Shown: positions 9,416 through 19,047 of the stretch, piece after piece
Numbering within the stretch: position 1 is the stretch's first letter
How the letters are laid out: every line of letters starts with the position of its first letter
Virus record (IMG/VR): IMGVR_UViG_3300027710_000010
Span: 181,763-245,762 of that record
Length of the DNA stretch: 64,000 nt
Direction: 5' to 3' (one strand)
Source of the DNA: a virus
Lineage: Duplodnaviria > Heunggongvirae > Uroviricota > Caudoviricetes
Notes under the pieces: generated by a model
Databases searched by the model: none
Told to the model about the DNA's origin: nothing
What the model saw: the letters and a program-made list of their open reading frames with translations, nothing else
Position numbers and translations under genes: made by a program

Positions 9416-10399
9416 TTATTTCTGACGATTACGAATCATTGCCAAGATGTCTTGGGCACGACTGTCACCACCAGCTTTTTCTTCTACAGCAGGAGTTGAA
9501 CTTGCTTTTGGAGTAACTACTTCAGCAGGTGCATCGTCTTCTTGATGAGTTACTGCTGGCTTAGCGGCAACTGCGGCTGGACGAGATTGTGCTACTGGAT
9601 CACCAGTATTTTGTCCTGCACCACTTGGTTTGTAGTATTGTCCCCAACGTTCCATATCAAATGCTTCGCCATCAACAGATGCTTCAAACATCTCTTTGAT
9701 AACACGCACTTCAACGTCAGTTGGTTTCTTAGGTAAAAAGTCTTTCAAGTTGAATAGACCGTTTGCCTTAACTGCCGTGTTTTCGTCATCACTTAGAGGA
9801 CGTTCACGACGTGACCACTTGCTTGTTGAGTAGTCTGCGTAGCCACCTTTGCTGGTCTTGATTAGACGGAAGTCTACACCATGTACCAAGTCAGTTGGCA
9901 AGTCTTCCATTTCTGGATCCAACAATGCGCCACGGATAAGTTGGAAAATCTGTGGACCAATAATGAATCTACGGATTGGATTTTCTGGTTTGCTTTCTTC
10001 TTTCAAACCATCTTCAGTTACAAAGCCTTGGAAAATATAACTACGCTTTTTCCAATATTTACGACCCATGTCTTCCAACGCTGGATCTTTGAACCATGCA
10101 CGTACTTCGCTCAAAACAGGACAGGTCTCGCCATACATTTCCATGCAGGGTACTTGTACCATTGTTTTTTTGCTATCTGTTTCACCTTTAATGCCTGCGA
10201 ATTCGAGCTTGATCATCGCTCGTTCTACCCAGAAAAAAGTGTTGTTTGAATCGCCATCTGGAAGAAAGCGTACTGCGGACTCGCTACCTTCTTTTAAGTT
10301 CCAGAAAGGATAAATTGAATTGTCGCCACCTGTGCGTTCGCCTGTACCACGTGATTCTTGTTCTTTGAGCTTTGCTCGGATTTCTGCTAATGAAGCCAT
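9416..10399 (-). CDS. gp32: gp32-like single-stranded DNA-binding protein
   Basis: AVRFLPDGD, CPV, KYWKKRSY, FIIGPQI, DFRLIKTSKGGYADYSTSKW; low-complexity C-terminal tail; AGGAG SD. Confidence 0.88.
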   Translation of the reverse strand: MASLAEIRAKLKEQESRGTGERTGGDNSIYPFWNLKEGSESAVRFLPDGDSNNTFFWVERAMIKLEFAGIKGETDSKKTMVQVPCMEMYGETCPVLSEVRAWFKDPALEDMGRKYWKKRSYIFQGFVTEDGLKEESKPENPIRRFIIGPQIFQLIRGALLDPEMEDLPTDLVHGVDFRLIKTSKGGYADYSTSKWSRRERPLSDDENTAVKANGLFNLKDFLPKKPTDVEVRVIKEMFEASVDGEAFDMERWGQYYKPSGAGQNTGDPVAQSRPAAVAAKPAVTHQEDDAPAEVVTPKASSTPAVEEKAGGDSRAQDILAMIRNRQK

Positions 10400-10460
10400 A
10401 ATTTTTCTCCTGTAATATGCCTTTGTTTGCCTATATTTTGTTTATGCCACTACACAAACA

Positions 10461-10506
10461 AAAAGTGCATACATGTTATTGTACGCACTTTTATTTATGT
10501 TTGCAA
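10461..10506 (-). promoter_or_regulatory. Composite gp32 upstream element: sigma70 promoter, internal TAAATA and hairpin
   Basis: Minus strand TTGCAA (10506-10501), 17 nt, TACAAT (10483-10478); the spacer contains TAAATA; inverted repeat at 10461-10492. Confidence 0.6.
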
Positions 10507-10542
10507 GTGAAATCTTGCTTAAAACTGATATTTTTCTACCAA

Positions 10543-13068
10543 TTATTTTAAACCTGCAAATTTTAATACTGTGGATAATTCGGTGTGCTCTGCAACTGGT
10601 TGAGCTTTGCGTTGTGCTACACGGGCTCTAATAGCTTCAGTGGCGTTATGATTGGACATGTTTGTCCCAGCCAATTCTAACATACGATCTTGTTGCTGTT
10701 GAGCGGCAGCATGACCTTTATATTTTTCCATAATTTGATTGCAAGCACGTTCGACCATTTGATCAAATTTTTCTGATCTCATTGTGTCTGGTTGAATATT
10801 GTATTTTTCTTTAAGTTCTTTGCACATCTTAGTAACAAATCCCTCTTCGCCAATAGTCATTGTGCCTTCATTACTGTTAAAGAAACCACTTACACGCTCT
10901 TCGATATCACCAAATAACTTATCAGCAATCCCTTGGCTGCTTTGTTTTCTACGTACCATTTCTGCTTGTTGTTCAGCAAATGCTTTTTCAGCACCTATAA
11001 TTTTTGCACCAGACACTGCGGTAGCAGGTTTAGCTGGAACAGGTTTAGCTGGAACAGGTGTTGCAACTTTTTGGCCAGCCATTGGCGGATTAATAGATCC
11101 TCGGCCAGCGCCAGCAGTTGATTGTGGAGGTAAGTCTCCAAATTGTGCTTGTGGAGGTAAGTCTCCAAATTCTGCTTCTGGTGCTTGAGCAGGGCCGCCG
11201 AACGCATTCATTGGCTTAACTGGGGCCATTGGCTTTGCCGGTGCTACTGCTCCAGCAACTTTTTGTCCTACTGCTTTTGCGGCATCACCAACTGCTCCAT
11301 AGGCTGCTTTGTTTATGTCAGTAATACCTTGTGCCGCGCCTTGAATACCTTTCTGTGCTAATGCAACTGGATTGTATTTTGCCATAGCACTTCCAACATC
11401 ACCAAGTGTAGTGTTAGCTACAGCCGATTTAACACCTGCCAACGATTTCATTCTATCTAAAAATCCAGGTTTTGCTGGAGCAGGTTCATTACCAAATGGA
11501 TCAACTGCCTCATCTGTATTTTCTGCAACCGGAGCTTCTGCAGGTGCTGGTTCTGCTGGAGCAGCCGCAGGTTCAGCTGGAGCTTCTGCTGGTGCTGGTT
11601 CTGCAGGCGGTGCTTCGGCTGCTGGAGCTTCTGCTGGCGGCTCTACTGGTGCTTCTTCTGGAGCAGGTGCTCCTTCAGTATCAAAACCCAGTTGTGCGGC
11701 ATATTCAGTATCATTTTCTTCGTCTTGTGCTTTCAAGAAGTTTGAAATAATTGGTCTAGCATCCATCTCATCTAAACCTAGATCTGCTAGTAATTCAAAT
11801 GCACGTTCTAATTTACTTTTGTCAATGATACCTCTAATACTGCTAGTAGCATTGTTGCCGTTAGTACCGATTGGAACTTCTTGTGCAAATATATCTTTTA
11901 ATTTTTGCATGGCTTTTTCGCCACGCTCATCATCACGAAACAAGTCGTCATCTTCTCTTACAATTTGTTCAATCGCTGATTCAAATTGATCTTCTAATGA
12001 TTCTGTTTTTGTGTCATCGCAAACGCAGTCGTCAGCAGGACGATCACACGCATCGCAATAGTCTTCTTCTTTTTCTTCGCCTAGTAAGTCATTGGCATCA
12101 ATTTCCTTAACAGGAATGTCTGATTCATCGACTAAGCTGTAAATGTACGGGAACACTGATTTTAATTCTTCGTTAAACGTACGAACTGTTAAACGATCAA
12201 CCCAGTCATTTAAAATATCTTCTGGAACTTCTTTTGGCGCTCTTGCAGTAAAACTTTCTTTAAATGCACTGTAATGTCTTGCACTTTGTAAAGAATGAAT
12301 TTCTTTTTTAACTTGCTCAATACGCTCAATAACTTTACTGTGTATAGCGCCCATTGCTTCGCTAATCATTTCATTACGGTCAACGTAATGTTTGAATACA
12401 CGTAACTTGGCCATTTCTTCTGATAAGCCAATAATATGTTCACCAATTTCATCATAAGGTGTTCCGCCTTCTGATACGTGACGGGCTAATGCTCTTGCAC
12501 CATTCAAGTGTTTAACTGGATATGCAAATCTTTCACCTACTGCATTTTCAATGAAGATGCGTTCGATGTGTTGTGTCCTACCGTTAGGTGCATTAAAATT
12601 AATTGGGGCATTGTGCCTAACAAGCACCCTTGCTTCTCCGATGTCCTGGAAGCTAGTTCTGCTAGTGCCAGATAATTTTGATTCAGTCATTGTTCCTTCT
12701 CCGATAGGATCTCTTTTGTCTAAGTTCGTTTGTGTTGGGTTTTGCAAATCAAAGTCTAGCGAATGTGACTGTGCAAAATCACCTAGTTCATCTAAAAAGT
12801 TAACCCATGATTCATCTTTAGGATTTTTATTCCATAGGATACTCATTGCTGGTTTCTCATCAGCATCTGACAAGTTAATAGAAACGTTGGTTAACTTTTC
12901 CCCGTTTCTTCTGTTAGTAAAATCAAAACTAATTTTTCTAACATCGCCATCGCGTAGTTCTTTACCGTCAATTGGTTTATTGTCCAGTGACGCTTTTCTC
13001 ATACCAGGGAACCTAGTAGATAACTGCTGGACTAAATCTTGGGCTATTCTTTCAAAATTTGCATTCAT
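10543..13068 (-). CDS. Large hypothetical virion/internal head protein (841 aa)
   Basis: Downstream of the terminase and preceded by TAAATA. Acidic, with a CxxC..CxC patch, a Pro/Ala/Glu linker and three x-x-[LF]-A-G motifs. Confidence 0.7.
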   Translation of the reverse strand: MNANFERIAQDLVQQLSTRFPGMRKASLDNKPIDGKELRDGDVRKISFDFTNRRNGEKLTNVSINLSDADEKPAMSILWNKNPKDESWVNFLDELGDFAQSHSLDFDLQNPTQTNLDKRDPIGEGTMTESKLSGTSRTSFQDIGEARVLVRHNAPINFNAPNGRTQHIERIFIENAVGERFAYPVKHLNGARALARHVSEGGTPYDEIGEHIIGLSEEMAKLRVFKHYVDRNEMISEAMGAIHSKVIERIEQVKKEIHSLQSARHYSAFKESFTARAPKEVPEDILNDWVDRLTVRTFNEELKSVFPYIYSLVDESDIPVKEIDANDLLGEEKEEDYCDACDRPADDCVCDDTKTESLEDQFESAIEQIVREDDDLFRDDERGEKAMQKLKDIFAQEVPIGTNGNNATSSIRGIIDKSKLERAFELLADLGLDEMDARPIISNFLKAQDEENDTEYAAQLGFDTEGAPAPEEAPVEPPAEAPAAEAPPAEPAPAEAPAEPAAAPAEPAPAEAPVAENTDEAVDPFGNEPAPAKPGFLDRMKSLAGVKSAVANTTLGDVGSAMAKYNPVALAQKGIQGAAQGITDINKAAYGAVGDAAKAVGQKVAGAVAPAKPMAPVKPMNAFGGPAQAPEAEFGDLPPQAQFGDLPPQSTAGAGRGSINPPMAGQKVATPVPAKPVPAKPATAVSGAKIIGAEKAFAEQQAEMVRRKQSSQGIADKLFGDIEERVSGFFNSNEGTMTIGEEGFVTKMCKELKEKYNIQPDTMRSEKFDQMVERACNQIMEKYKGHAAAQQQQDRMLELAGTNMSNHNATEAIRARVAQRKAQPVAEHTELSTVLKFAGLK
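11025..11176. repeat. In-frame tandem duplications (15 bp x2 and 27 bp x2)
   Basis: caggtttagctggaa repeated from 11025 (PVPAK); ttgtggaggtaagtctccaaatt at 11122 and 11149 (FGDLPPQ). Confidence 0.85.
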
Positions 13069-13076
13069 AGTAATAT

Positions 13077-14663
13077 TTAGCTTAAAGTGCTGGAAACAAA
13101 AATGGGTAATGGAGCTTCAAAATCGTCTTCTGTATGTACTCCAGACAGACTTTCAAATACCCTAGGGTCCCAGTCTGCCACAAGGGTGCTCATTCTAACT
13201 ATTAACAATAGAGCCGCTACAAGGTCATCGTGCTGTCCAGATTTAGCTTTGAAACTAAAGCCTGACGCAATAAATGCTTTGAGTTCACTGATTAAACTTC
13301 TTGAATTAATTTCCATTTTACCAGTTTCAATCAAGTGCTTTACCCTTGCACACGCACTTATCTTACTGCTGTGTGTAGTGTTAAATCCTTTACGGAACTT
13401 ACGTACATGTCCTTTACGCATGGGTTCTGAAATCATCAATCCTGAGAACTGTTCTTCACCTTGGTCTTTGATACACACTAGCCCTGCTTCACCTACAGTA
13501 TTGTTTTCAATACTCCAGTATATGTTGTTTGCTCGGCCATCCATGCTGTCAGCTAGGTATTTTAATATTTCTTTTAATATCTTAACTTGACCTTGAATAG
13601 GAGTTGTGTTGTGATGCCACTCTGCGACTTGTTTAAATGAAGGCAATTCAAAAACTTCAATTGCGGCATAATCGCCACCTGTACCTAAACTAGGATCTAA
13701 ACTAACTAGATATAAGTTATCTGGATTTGGTTTTACATACCAACGTGTTTGTCCCATCTTGTATATTGGCTCACGACCAGATAACTCGGATAGTTTAATA
13801 CTGTTAATTAACGTTTCGTCATAGATCAGGAACTCGCAACCGTATTCACGACGGAAACGTTCTTCGCCAATACGACCTTGTTCTTGTCTAGCCCACTCGT
13901 CATCTCTATCTGGATGTTCGTCCCAAGTACAAGTAAATGGATGAAATCCATTAGTGCCTAGTTCTTGTTCATTTCCATATTCGTCAAATAAGTTATTTGC
14001 GTCTTTCCAAATAGTAGCAAATGTATCTTCATCACTGTTAGGAGTTGAAGTAATAATTGCACGACCACCAGTTGCTAGTGTTGGCGAAATAGATGTCCAA
14101 AACTCGTCTGCAATGTTTGGCTGTACAAATGCAAACTCGTCACAGTATAGTAAGGATATTGACATACCGCGGCCAGTGTTGCCAGTAGTAGTTGCTGATA
14201 CAATACGTGATCCATTATCAAATTCAATACTCCCTTTGTTGTAGTTAATTACACCACTACGAATATGATCGGGGCACAGTTCATATGCATAACGAATACG
14301 TTGCATAATTTCTTGTGAGCCAGTATATTTGTGTGCGGCAATTAGAATTGTTTGGTCTGGGTGAAACATAGCAAACCATAACAAGTATCCAGCCGCACAT
14401 GTTGTTTTGCCCATTTGTCGTGGCAACATGTTAACAGTGAATCTATGATTATGATATGCATCTAAAAGACGTGTTTGGTATTCAAAAGGCTCAAACAACA
14501 TTTTGCCTCTTGTGGGATGCTGGATATAAAAAAAGTGTTCACAGAAATAGTGATAGCCCGTTTCAGGGTCAGCACACTTTAAAAGCTCGGAAACTTGCTC
14601 TTCTGTGAACTTGTCTTTCTTATGGGCCTTCTTGGTTAAGACGCCGTCTAGTGATTTACTCAT
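13077..14663 (-). CDS. gp17: Terminase large subunit (T4 gp17-like)
   Basis: LFEPFEYQ, Walker A PRQMGKT, Walker B LYCDEFAF, ITSTPN, nuclease motifs SLDPSLG, IENN, HDDLV. Confidence 0.95.
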   Translation of the reverse strand: MSKSLDGVLTKKAHKKDKFTEEQVSELLKCADPETGYHYFCEHFFYIQHPTRGKMLFEPFEYQTRLLDAYHNHRFTVNMLPRQMGKTTCAAGYLLWFAMFHPDQTILIAAHKYTGSQEIMQRIRYAYELCPDHIRSGVINYNKGSIEFDNGSRIVSATTTGNTGRGMSISLLYCDEFAFVQPNIADEFWTSISPTLATGGRAIITSTPNSDEDTFATIWKDANNLFDEYGNEQELGTNGFHPFTCTWDEHPDRDDEWARQEQGRIGEERFRREYGCEFLIYDETLINSIKLSELSGREPIYKMGQTRWYVKPNPDNLYLVSLDPSLGTGGDYAAIEVFELPSFKQVAEWHHNTTPIQGQVKILKEILKYLADSMDGRANNIYWSIENNTVGEAGLVCIKDQGEEQFSGLMISEPMRKGHVRKFRKGFNTTHSSKISACARVKHLIETGKMEINSRSLISELKAFIASGFSFKAKSGQHDDLVAALLLIVRMSTLVADWDPRVFESLSGVHTEDDFEAPLPIFVSSTLS

Positions 14664-14678
14664 ATGCTTATTTACAAT

Positions 14679-14705
14679 AAAAAAGCGGGCACTACGCCCG
14701 CTTTT
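14679..14705. terminator. Rho-independent terminator (bidirectional)
   Basis: AAAAAAGCGGGC-ACTAC-GCCCGCTTTT. Confidence 0.85.
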
Positions 14706-14723
14706 GAGTTGACCTATGGTCTA

Positions 14724-15311
14724 TTATCTACTCTTAACTTCGTTGTATAAGTTGAGCAAGTTTGATTTTAAATTTTCAGAAACGGCAGTATATGGGTTGC
14801 CGCCACCGTTTACTTTTGGTGCTTCATTGCCACCATGACTATGTAAGTCGTCGCCTGTAGGAGTTACTGCATCGACATCTGCATATACTTCATTTGGTTC
14901 ATTAGCTAAATTCTCTTCACCAATTTCAACCTCTGAGTCTCCATCGCGTCCCATGTCTGGACCGTCACGATCACCACCAAGTCCTACTACAAGTCCTGCT
15001 GGGCCGCTCATACTGCCGTCTTTACCGCCGTCAAAGTCTGCACCTTTTAGAATGTCTAACAAGTCACGGATGTTTTCTGTGCCAGTAGCGTTAACGCTAA
15101 CATTCATAGTTACAGGTGTTTCTGGAGGACGTGACATGCCGCCCATGGGCATTCCGCATTCTGCTACTGCACTTTCTGTTAATCCAGCAAACTGTTTAAT
15201 TGCTTTCATATCCTGATCAGTAGTAGTTAACTTGTGTTCGTTAACTTCTCTAAGCTGAGTAATTGGTTTATCAATCTCAGTGATTGTTGATAATAACTTT
15301 TCGAAATTCAT
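14724..15311 (-). CDS. Hypothetical acidic protein, possible internal head protein
   Basis: Contains AIKQFAGLTES; its start is coupled to the upstream stop. Confidence 0.7.
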   Translation of the reverse strand: MNFEKLLSTITEIDKPITQLREVNEHKLTTTDQDMKAIKQFAGLTESAVAECGMPMGGMSRPPETPVTMNVSVNATGTENIRDLLDILKGADFDGGKDGSMSGPAGLVVGLGGDRDGPDMGRDGDSEVEIGEENLANEPNEVYADVDAVTPTGDDLHSHGGNEAPKVNGGGNPYTAVSENLKSNLLNLYNEVKSR

Positions 15312-15919
15312 TATTTTTGTCCTTTAAATGGGTCAACAAATTTAATTGATTTAGAACCAATAGGACTTGTTGTGCCGATGTTGTCATCTTTACTTGCTGA
15401 CTTTTCTTCAGGTGATGACTTAGCTAGTAGCTCGTCATTAACACCTTTATATTGTTCACCCTTGTGAGATACGTTACCTAAGTCTTTTAAGAAATCAAGT
15501 TTCTTTCCTTTAGGTTCGTCTTCATATGGTTTGTTTAAAATTGCTTCAGTTGAAGTGCCAACTCTATTCATTGCTTCTAAATTAGCAGTTAGGTCTTCTT
15601 CTTCTTTCATACTTCTTACACGAATACCGCCACGATTAATTTGCAATTTGTCGGACAAGTATTCTGCAATAACTTGCGGAGTTGCAGGATAACGACATGA
15701 AATGTCAAACATTGTTACATGTGTGTTTTTCATCTCTGGAAAATCCAAAGGGCTTTCCTGAATTGGGGTGCGCTTGCCTTTAGTGATACTAGCGCAGTCG
15801 TATTTCATTAAACATTCTTTCATTGCTTTATCAAAACCGTCAGGCAAGTCGCCTGCAATTTTAATTTTAAAATCATATGTTTTTACGCTTTCTGCGAGGT
15901 AATCTATAAATGTGGTCAT
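15311..15919 (-). CDS. Hypothetical protein with a capsid-targeting-like N-terminus
   Basis: ATG 15919 gives MTTFIDYLAES, resembling the T4 internal-protein capsid targeting sequence; TAAATA at 15939-15944. Confidence 0.7.
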   Translation of the reverse strand: MTTFIDYLAESVKTYDFKIKIAGDLPDGFDKAMKECLMKYDCASITKGKRTPIQESPLDFPEMKNTHVTMFDISCRYPATPQVIAEYLSDKLQINRGGIRVRSMKEEEDLTANLEAMNRVGTSTEAILNKPYEDEPKGKKLDFLKDLGNVSHKGEQYKGVNDELLAKSSPEEKSASKDDNIGTTSPIGSKSIKFVDPFKGQK

Positions 15920-15941
15920 ATTCAAATCCGTTATACTATAT

Positions 15942-16415
15942 TTATTTCATTTGTTTTAGTTTTTCAAGTAAACTGTTGCGGTCTGTAATAATAACACCGT
16001 CTCCAGATATGCTTAAACCGTCGTTATCTGTTGTTTCTTGATCTAATTTTTGTTTCTTAAGCTGTAGCTCAATCATCTTTAATTTTTTGTCTATTTTGGC
16101 TGCTTTAGCATCAATAGCGTTCTTAAGCATGCCGCCGGCTACTTCAAAGATACGACCACTATAACGTGCTTCTACATTCATACCCAAGTCCATTAGGTCA
16201 TCATATGCATCAGTTGCTCGTTGTGCTAGTGCATCAAACTCAGCATCACTGATATCACCCAAGCCCTTGACTTGTGGTAATGCAGCCGCTATTTTATCAA
16301 ATTCACTGATATCTCTTAACAACGGTTGTGGCTTTGTAGGCACTTTGTCAGCGTCATCTCGAACGATTTTTTTGTTCTCAGGTAAATTTAAGATTTCTTC
16401 AAGTTTCTTAGTCAT
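15942..16415 (-). CDS. Probable terminase small subunit (gp16-like)
   Basis: 157-aa helical protein; GRIFEVAGGMLKNAID resembles the central gp16 helix; coiled coil and a C-terminal strand+helix; lies near the large terminase. Confidence 0.55.
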   Translation of the reverse strand: MTKKLEEILNLPENKKIVRDDADKVPTKPQPLLRDISEFDKIAAALPQVKGLGDISDAEFDALAQRATDAYDDLMDLGMNVEARYSGRIFEVAGGMLKNAIDAKAAKIDKKLKMIELQLKKQKLDQETTDNDGLSISGDGVIITDRNSLLEKLKQMK

Positions 16416-16423
16416 AGCATTAC

Positions 16424-16861
16424 TTATCTAACTCCGCCCTGGTGGAATAAATCTCCCTCAGTTAGAATGCGAAATTTAATACCCTGTCGTTTACACCAAA
16501 TGCCCGCCGCTTGCCACTTGGCTTGATTTTTAACAAATTGTGCTTGATTGTATTTACTTTTGCCTACACTTTCTAGTGTAGTTTGATTGCGGGGTTTTAC
16601 TTCAATTAGTTCAACTAATACTTTGCCAGCTTTATCAACATACTGTATAAAGAAATCTGGAACGTATATTGTATTTCTATTAGTTAGTGGATCTCTATAA
16701 GGAATACTGATTGCTTCACTTGCCCATTTTTGTATACTAGGATGTGTATCGCAAAAATTCATAAAACTCCATTCCCAACTACTCCTGTATGTAGGAGTTT
16801 TGTTGCCTACATATTTTGCTGGGTTTTTGGGTACGAATTTACCACGGGCAAATCTGCTCAT
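16424..16861 (-). CDS. Head completion nuclease (T4 gp4 / TnsA-like PD-(D/E)xK)
   Basis: PKNPAKYVG, YRSSWE, WASE, YVPDF, IEVKP, NQAKW, FRILTE. Confidence 0.88.
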   Translation of the reverse strand: MSRFARGKFVPKNPAKYVGNKTPTYRSSWEWSFMNFCDTHPSIQKWASEAISIPYRDPLTNRNTIYVPDFFIQYVDKAGKVLVELIEVKPRNQTTLESVGKSKYNQAQFVKNQAKWQAAGIWCKRQGIKFRILTEGDLFHQGGVR

Positions 16862-17223
16862 ACTAAAATATTTCTACTTTCGTAACTGTCTGCTAAAGGA
16901 GCAACTTTATAACCTAAGGTACTTGTTTGTTCTCTGTAACTGTTGAGAACTTGCGCCACTACTTTGGCCAACTGTACATCTGTTAGACCTTTAAGTGTAT
17001 CAATTAATTGAAAAACATTTACATTGTCTAATCTTGCTTGATTAAGCAGTACAATGCCCGTGCTTCTTGCGGCTTCTTCGTCAAACCCTCTTTTTAAAAA
17101 GAATCCAAGTACTGCATCAATTTGATTTGATGGGAATGTTATTTGATGTAAAAAGAATTTGTCAAAGAAATCTTTAACTTCTTGACTACCTGTTTCTGCT
17201 CGTTGGGGTAAGTTGCTGATCAT
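16858..17223 (-). CDS. Hypothetical protein (121 aa)
   Basis: AGGTG SD; ATGA-type overlap with the next gene. Confidence 0.7.
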   Translation of the reverse strand: MISNLPQRAETGSQEVKDFFDKFFLHQITFPSNQIDAVLGFFLKRGFDEEAARSTGIVLLNQARLDNVNVFQLIDTLKGLTDVQLAKVVAQVLNSYREQTSTLGYKVAPLADSYESRNILV

Positions 17224-17233
17224 ATATCACCTA

Positions 17234-18304
17234 TTAGAAATCTACTTGCGTTGCGTTTGTAGCAGTATTGTTATTGTCATTTCCTGGGAATACAACATTC
17301 TTAATACCACTTAATCCTAATGCCGCAACTGCGATCGCCCCAGCTGTAATTATTTTTTTGCCTTCTTCTTGCACGCCTGCATTTGTTAAACTTTTTGCAT
17401 TTTGGTAAGTGTTTACTGCTGTAATTGCTGTAGATAAGAAACTAGCAGGATTGTCAAATGCCTCGCCGCTTGCTAATGAATCCAACACATCGGCTGCGCC
17501 TTCTATAACGCCGCCTGGGCCAAAAATTGTACTAGTACCACCACCAGCCGCACTTAACGGGCTTGGCATCTTATCATAGTGATCAACTGCAAACCCTTTA
17601 ACACGACCACTACGTATTGATCCAATATTGTAGTGTACTGCTTCATATGAAATAGTCATAGTGTTCTCAGCACCACCGCCATTTTGCTCACTGCTTTGTG
17701 CAGTATCATGCCCAAATGCTGTTATTACTGGATTTACAAGTGTGTAGCTAACGTATTCACGTTTGTTTAATTGATACAGTGTAATAGATCTAAAAAACGG
17801 TATTGAGCTGTTATTGTCTAAACCATATTTTGTTTTAATATAGTTAGAACTTTTCATTGCGTTTCTTGCGTATGCGCCAGCTGTCTTTGCAGAGCTGGGG
17901 TCAGCATAATAGTAACTATAATAGTTTTGCCACAACGTGTTAATTATGTGCGACCTATCATCATGAAATTTAATATTAATAGGTTGGAATTCGTGGTCCA
18001 ACTGCACTATCTTTTTTCTGTTATACTGATTTAATGTTGCTGTTTTTAATGTAAACTTAGGAAAGTCAACACTCTTAACTAACAACCCAATTTCATTTTG
18101 GTGTTGATATTTTAAATTTAATGATTTTAAAGCACTGGTATTGATGTCAAAAAATACGTGATATAAAAATTTTGACTTAGGTGCTAACCTAAAGTAGTCG
18201 TCTTGGAATGTACGACTAGCGTGTTCCCACGAACCTAGGTTTCCTTTGGGATTGCCTAAGCCATTGAGTAAACTATCTAAAATGCCATTGTCTTTGCTTG
18301 CCAT
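17234..18304 (-). CDS. Tail-tube-fold baseplate / tube-initiator protein (gp48/gp54-like)
   Basis: VKSVDFPKF, NQYNRK, PINIKFHDD and TMTISYE form a tube-like motif series; adjacent to the tail tube gene. Confidence 0.6.
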   Translation of the reverse strand: MASKDNGILDSLLNGLGNPKGNLGSWEHASRTFQDDYFRLAPKSKFLYHVFFDINTSALKSLNLKYQHQNEIGLLVKSVDFPKFTLKTATLNQYNRKKIVQLDHEFQPINIKFHDDRSHIINTLWQNYYSYYYADPSSAKTAGAYARNAMKSSNYIKTKYGLDNNSSIPFFRSITLYQLNKREYVSYTLVNPVITAFGHDTAQSSEQNGGGAENTMTISYEAVHYNIGSIRSGRVKGFAVDHYDKMPSPLSAAGGGTSTIFGPGGVIEGAADVLDSLASGEAFDNPASFLSTAITAVNTYQNAKSLTNAGVQEEGKKIITAGAIAVAALGLSGIKNVVFPGNDNNNTATNATQVDF

Positions 18305-18350
18305 ACAATTATTTATTAAAAATATAAAGTGCGTATATTACTAACACTCA

Positions 18351-18380
18351 TAAAAAAAGGCTGTTGCCAGCCTTTTTTAT
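18351..18380. terminator. Rho-independent terminator after the tail tube gene
   Basis: AAAAAAAGGCTG-TTGC-CAGCCTTTTTT. Confidence 0.88.
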
Positions 18381-19015
18381 TAACCTGCGCCTGTTGATAG
18401 TAAGCCGCTTGTACGCTGGCCGACTGATCTCCATGAAGCACTTGAGTTTGCGCCTGCTGGTACTAGGATACAGTTATCTGGTTGAATAGTAAGATCGATT
18501 GTTGAAGGACCTTGTTCACCGTATGCTAATGATTGGAAGTTAGCCGCTGTTAAGTAGCAACCGTATGCTTCCCAACGTTCTAGTACTTGTGGCTCGCTGC
18601 CACCGTTACCACCGTCTAACATCTCAATAGCACAAGTAAATTTGTAGTCAACACCACTAGCCGCTGAACTTTGTTCAAAGAAGTCAAACTGCTTTTGAAG
18701 TTGTTCACCGACCAACTTGCTTACTGCACCCGTTACGTCATCACGTAAAACTACTGGGAAGGTCTGCCATGTTGGCTTGCCTGCATAGTTGATCTTACTG
18801 TTGTAGATTTCGATAACTTGGTTAGCAAATGCTAAGTTTGGTCGACTTGTACTTACCACTTGTTTGGTTAGTTCAGTAGTTGGTGTGCTTACGCCAAAGT
18901 TCTGGAAGAATACTCTGAAGCGATACTTTAGCTTTGGCATCAACATGCCCTGCGTTGTCGCGCTTTGATCGCTTGCCAACGGTACTGTAAATTTGTTTAA
19001 TGATGCAATTGCCAT
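18380..19015 (-). CDS. gp19: Tail tube protein (gp19-like)
   Basis: PKLKYRFRV, YAGKPTW, LRDD, WEAYGCY; directly downstream of the sheath; GGAG SD and TAAATA at 19037-19042. Confidence 0.85.
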   Translation of the reverse strand: MAIASLNKFTVPLASDQSATTQGMLMPKLKYRFRVFFQNFGVSTPTTELTKQVVSTSRPNLAFANQVIEIYNSKINYAGKPTWQTFPVVLRDDVTGAVSKLVGEQLQKQFDFFEQSSAASGVDYKFTCAIEMLDGGNGGSEPQVLERWEAYGCYLTAANFQSLAYGEQGPSTIDLTIQPDNCILVPAGANSSASWRSVGQRTSGLLSTGAG

Positions 19016-19047
19016 ATTATTATGCTCCGTTATTGATATTTATCATC

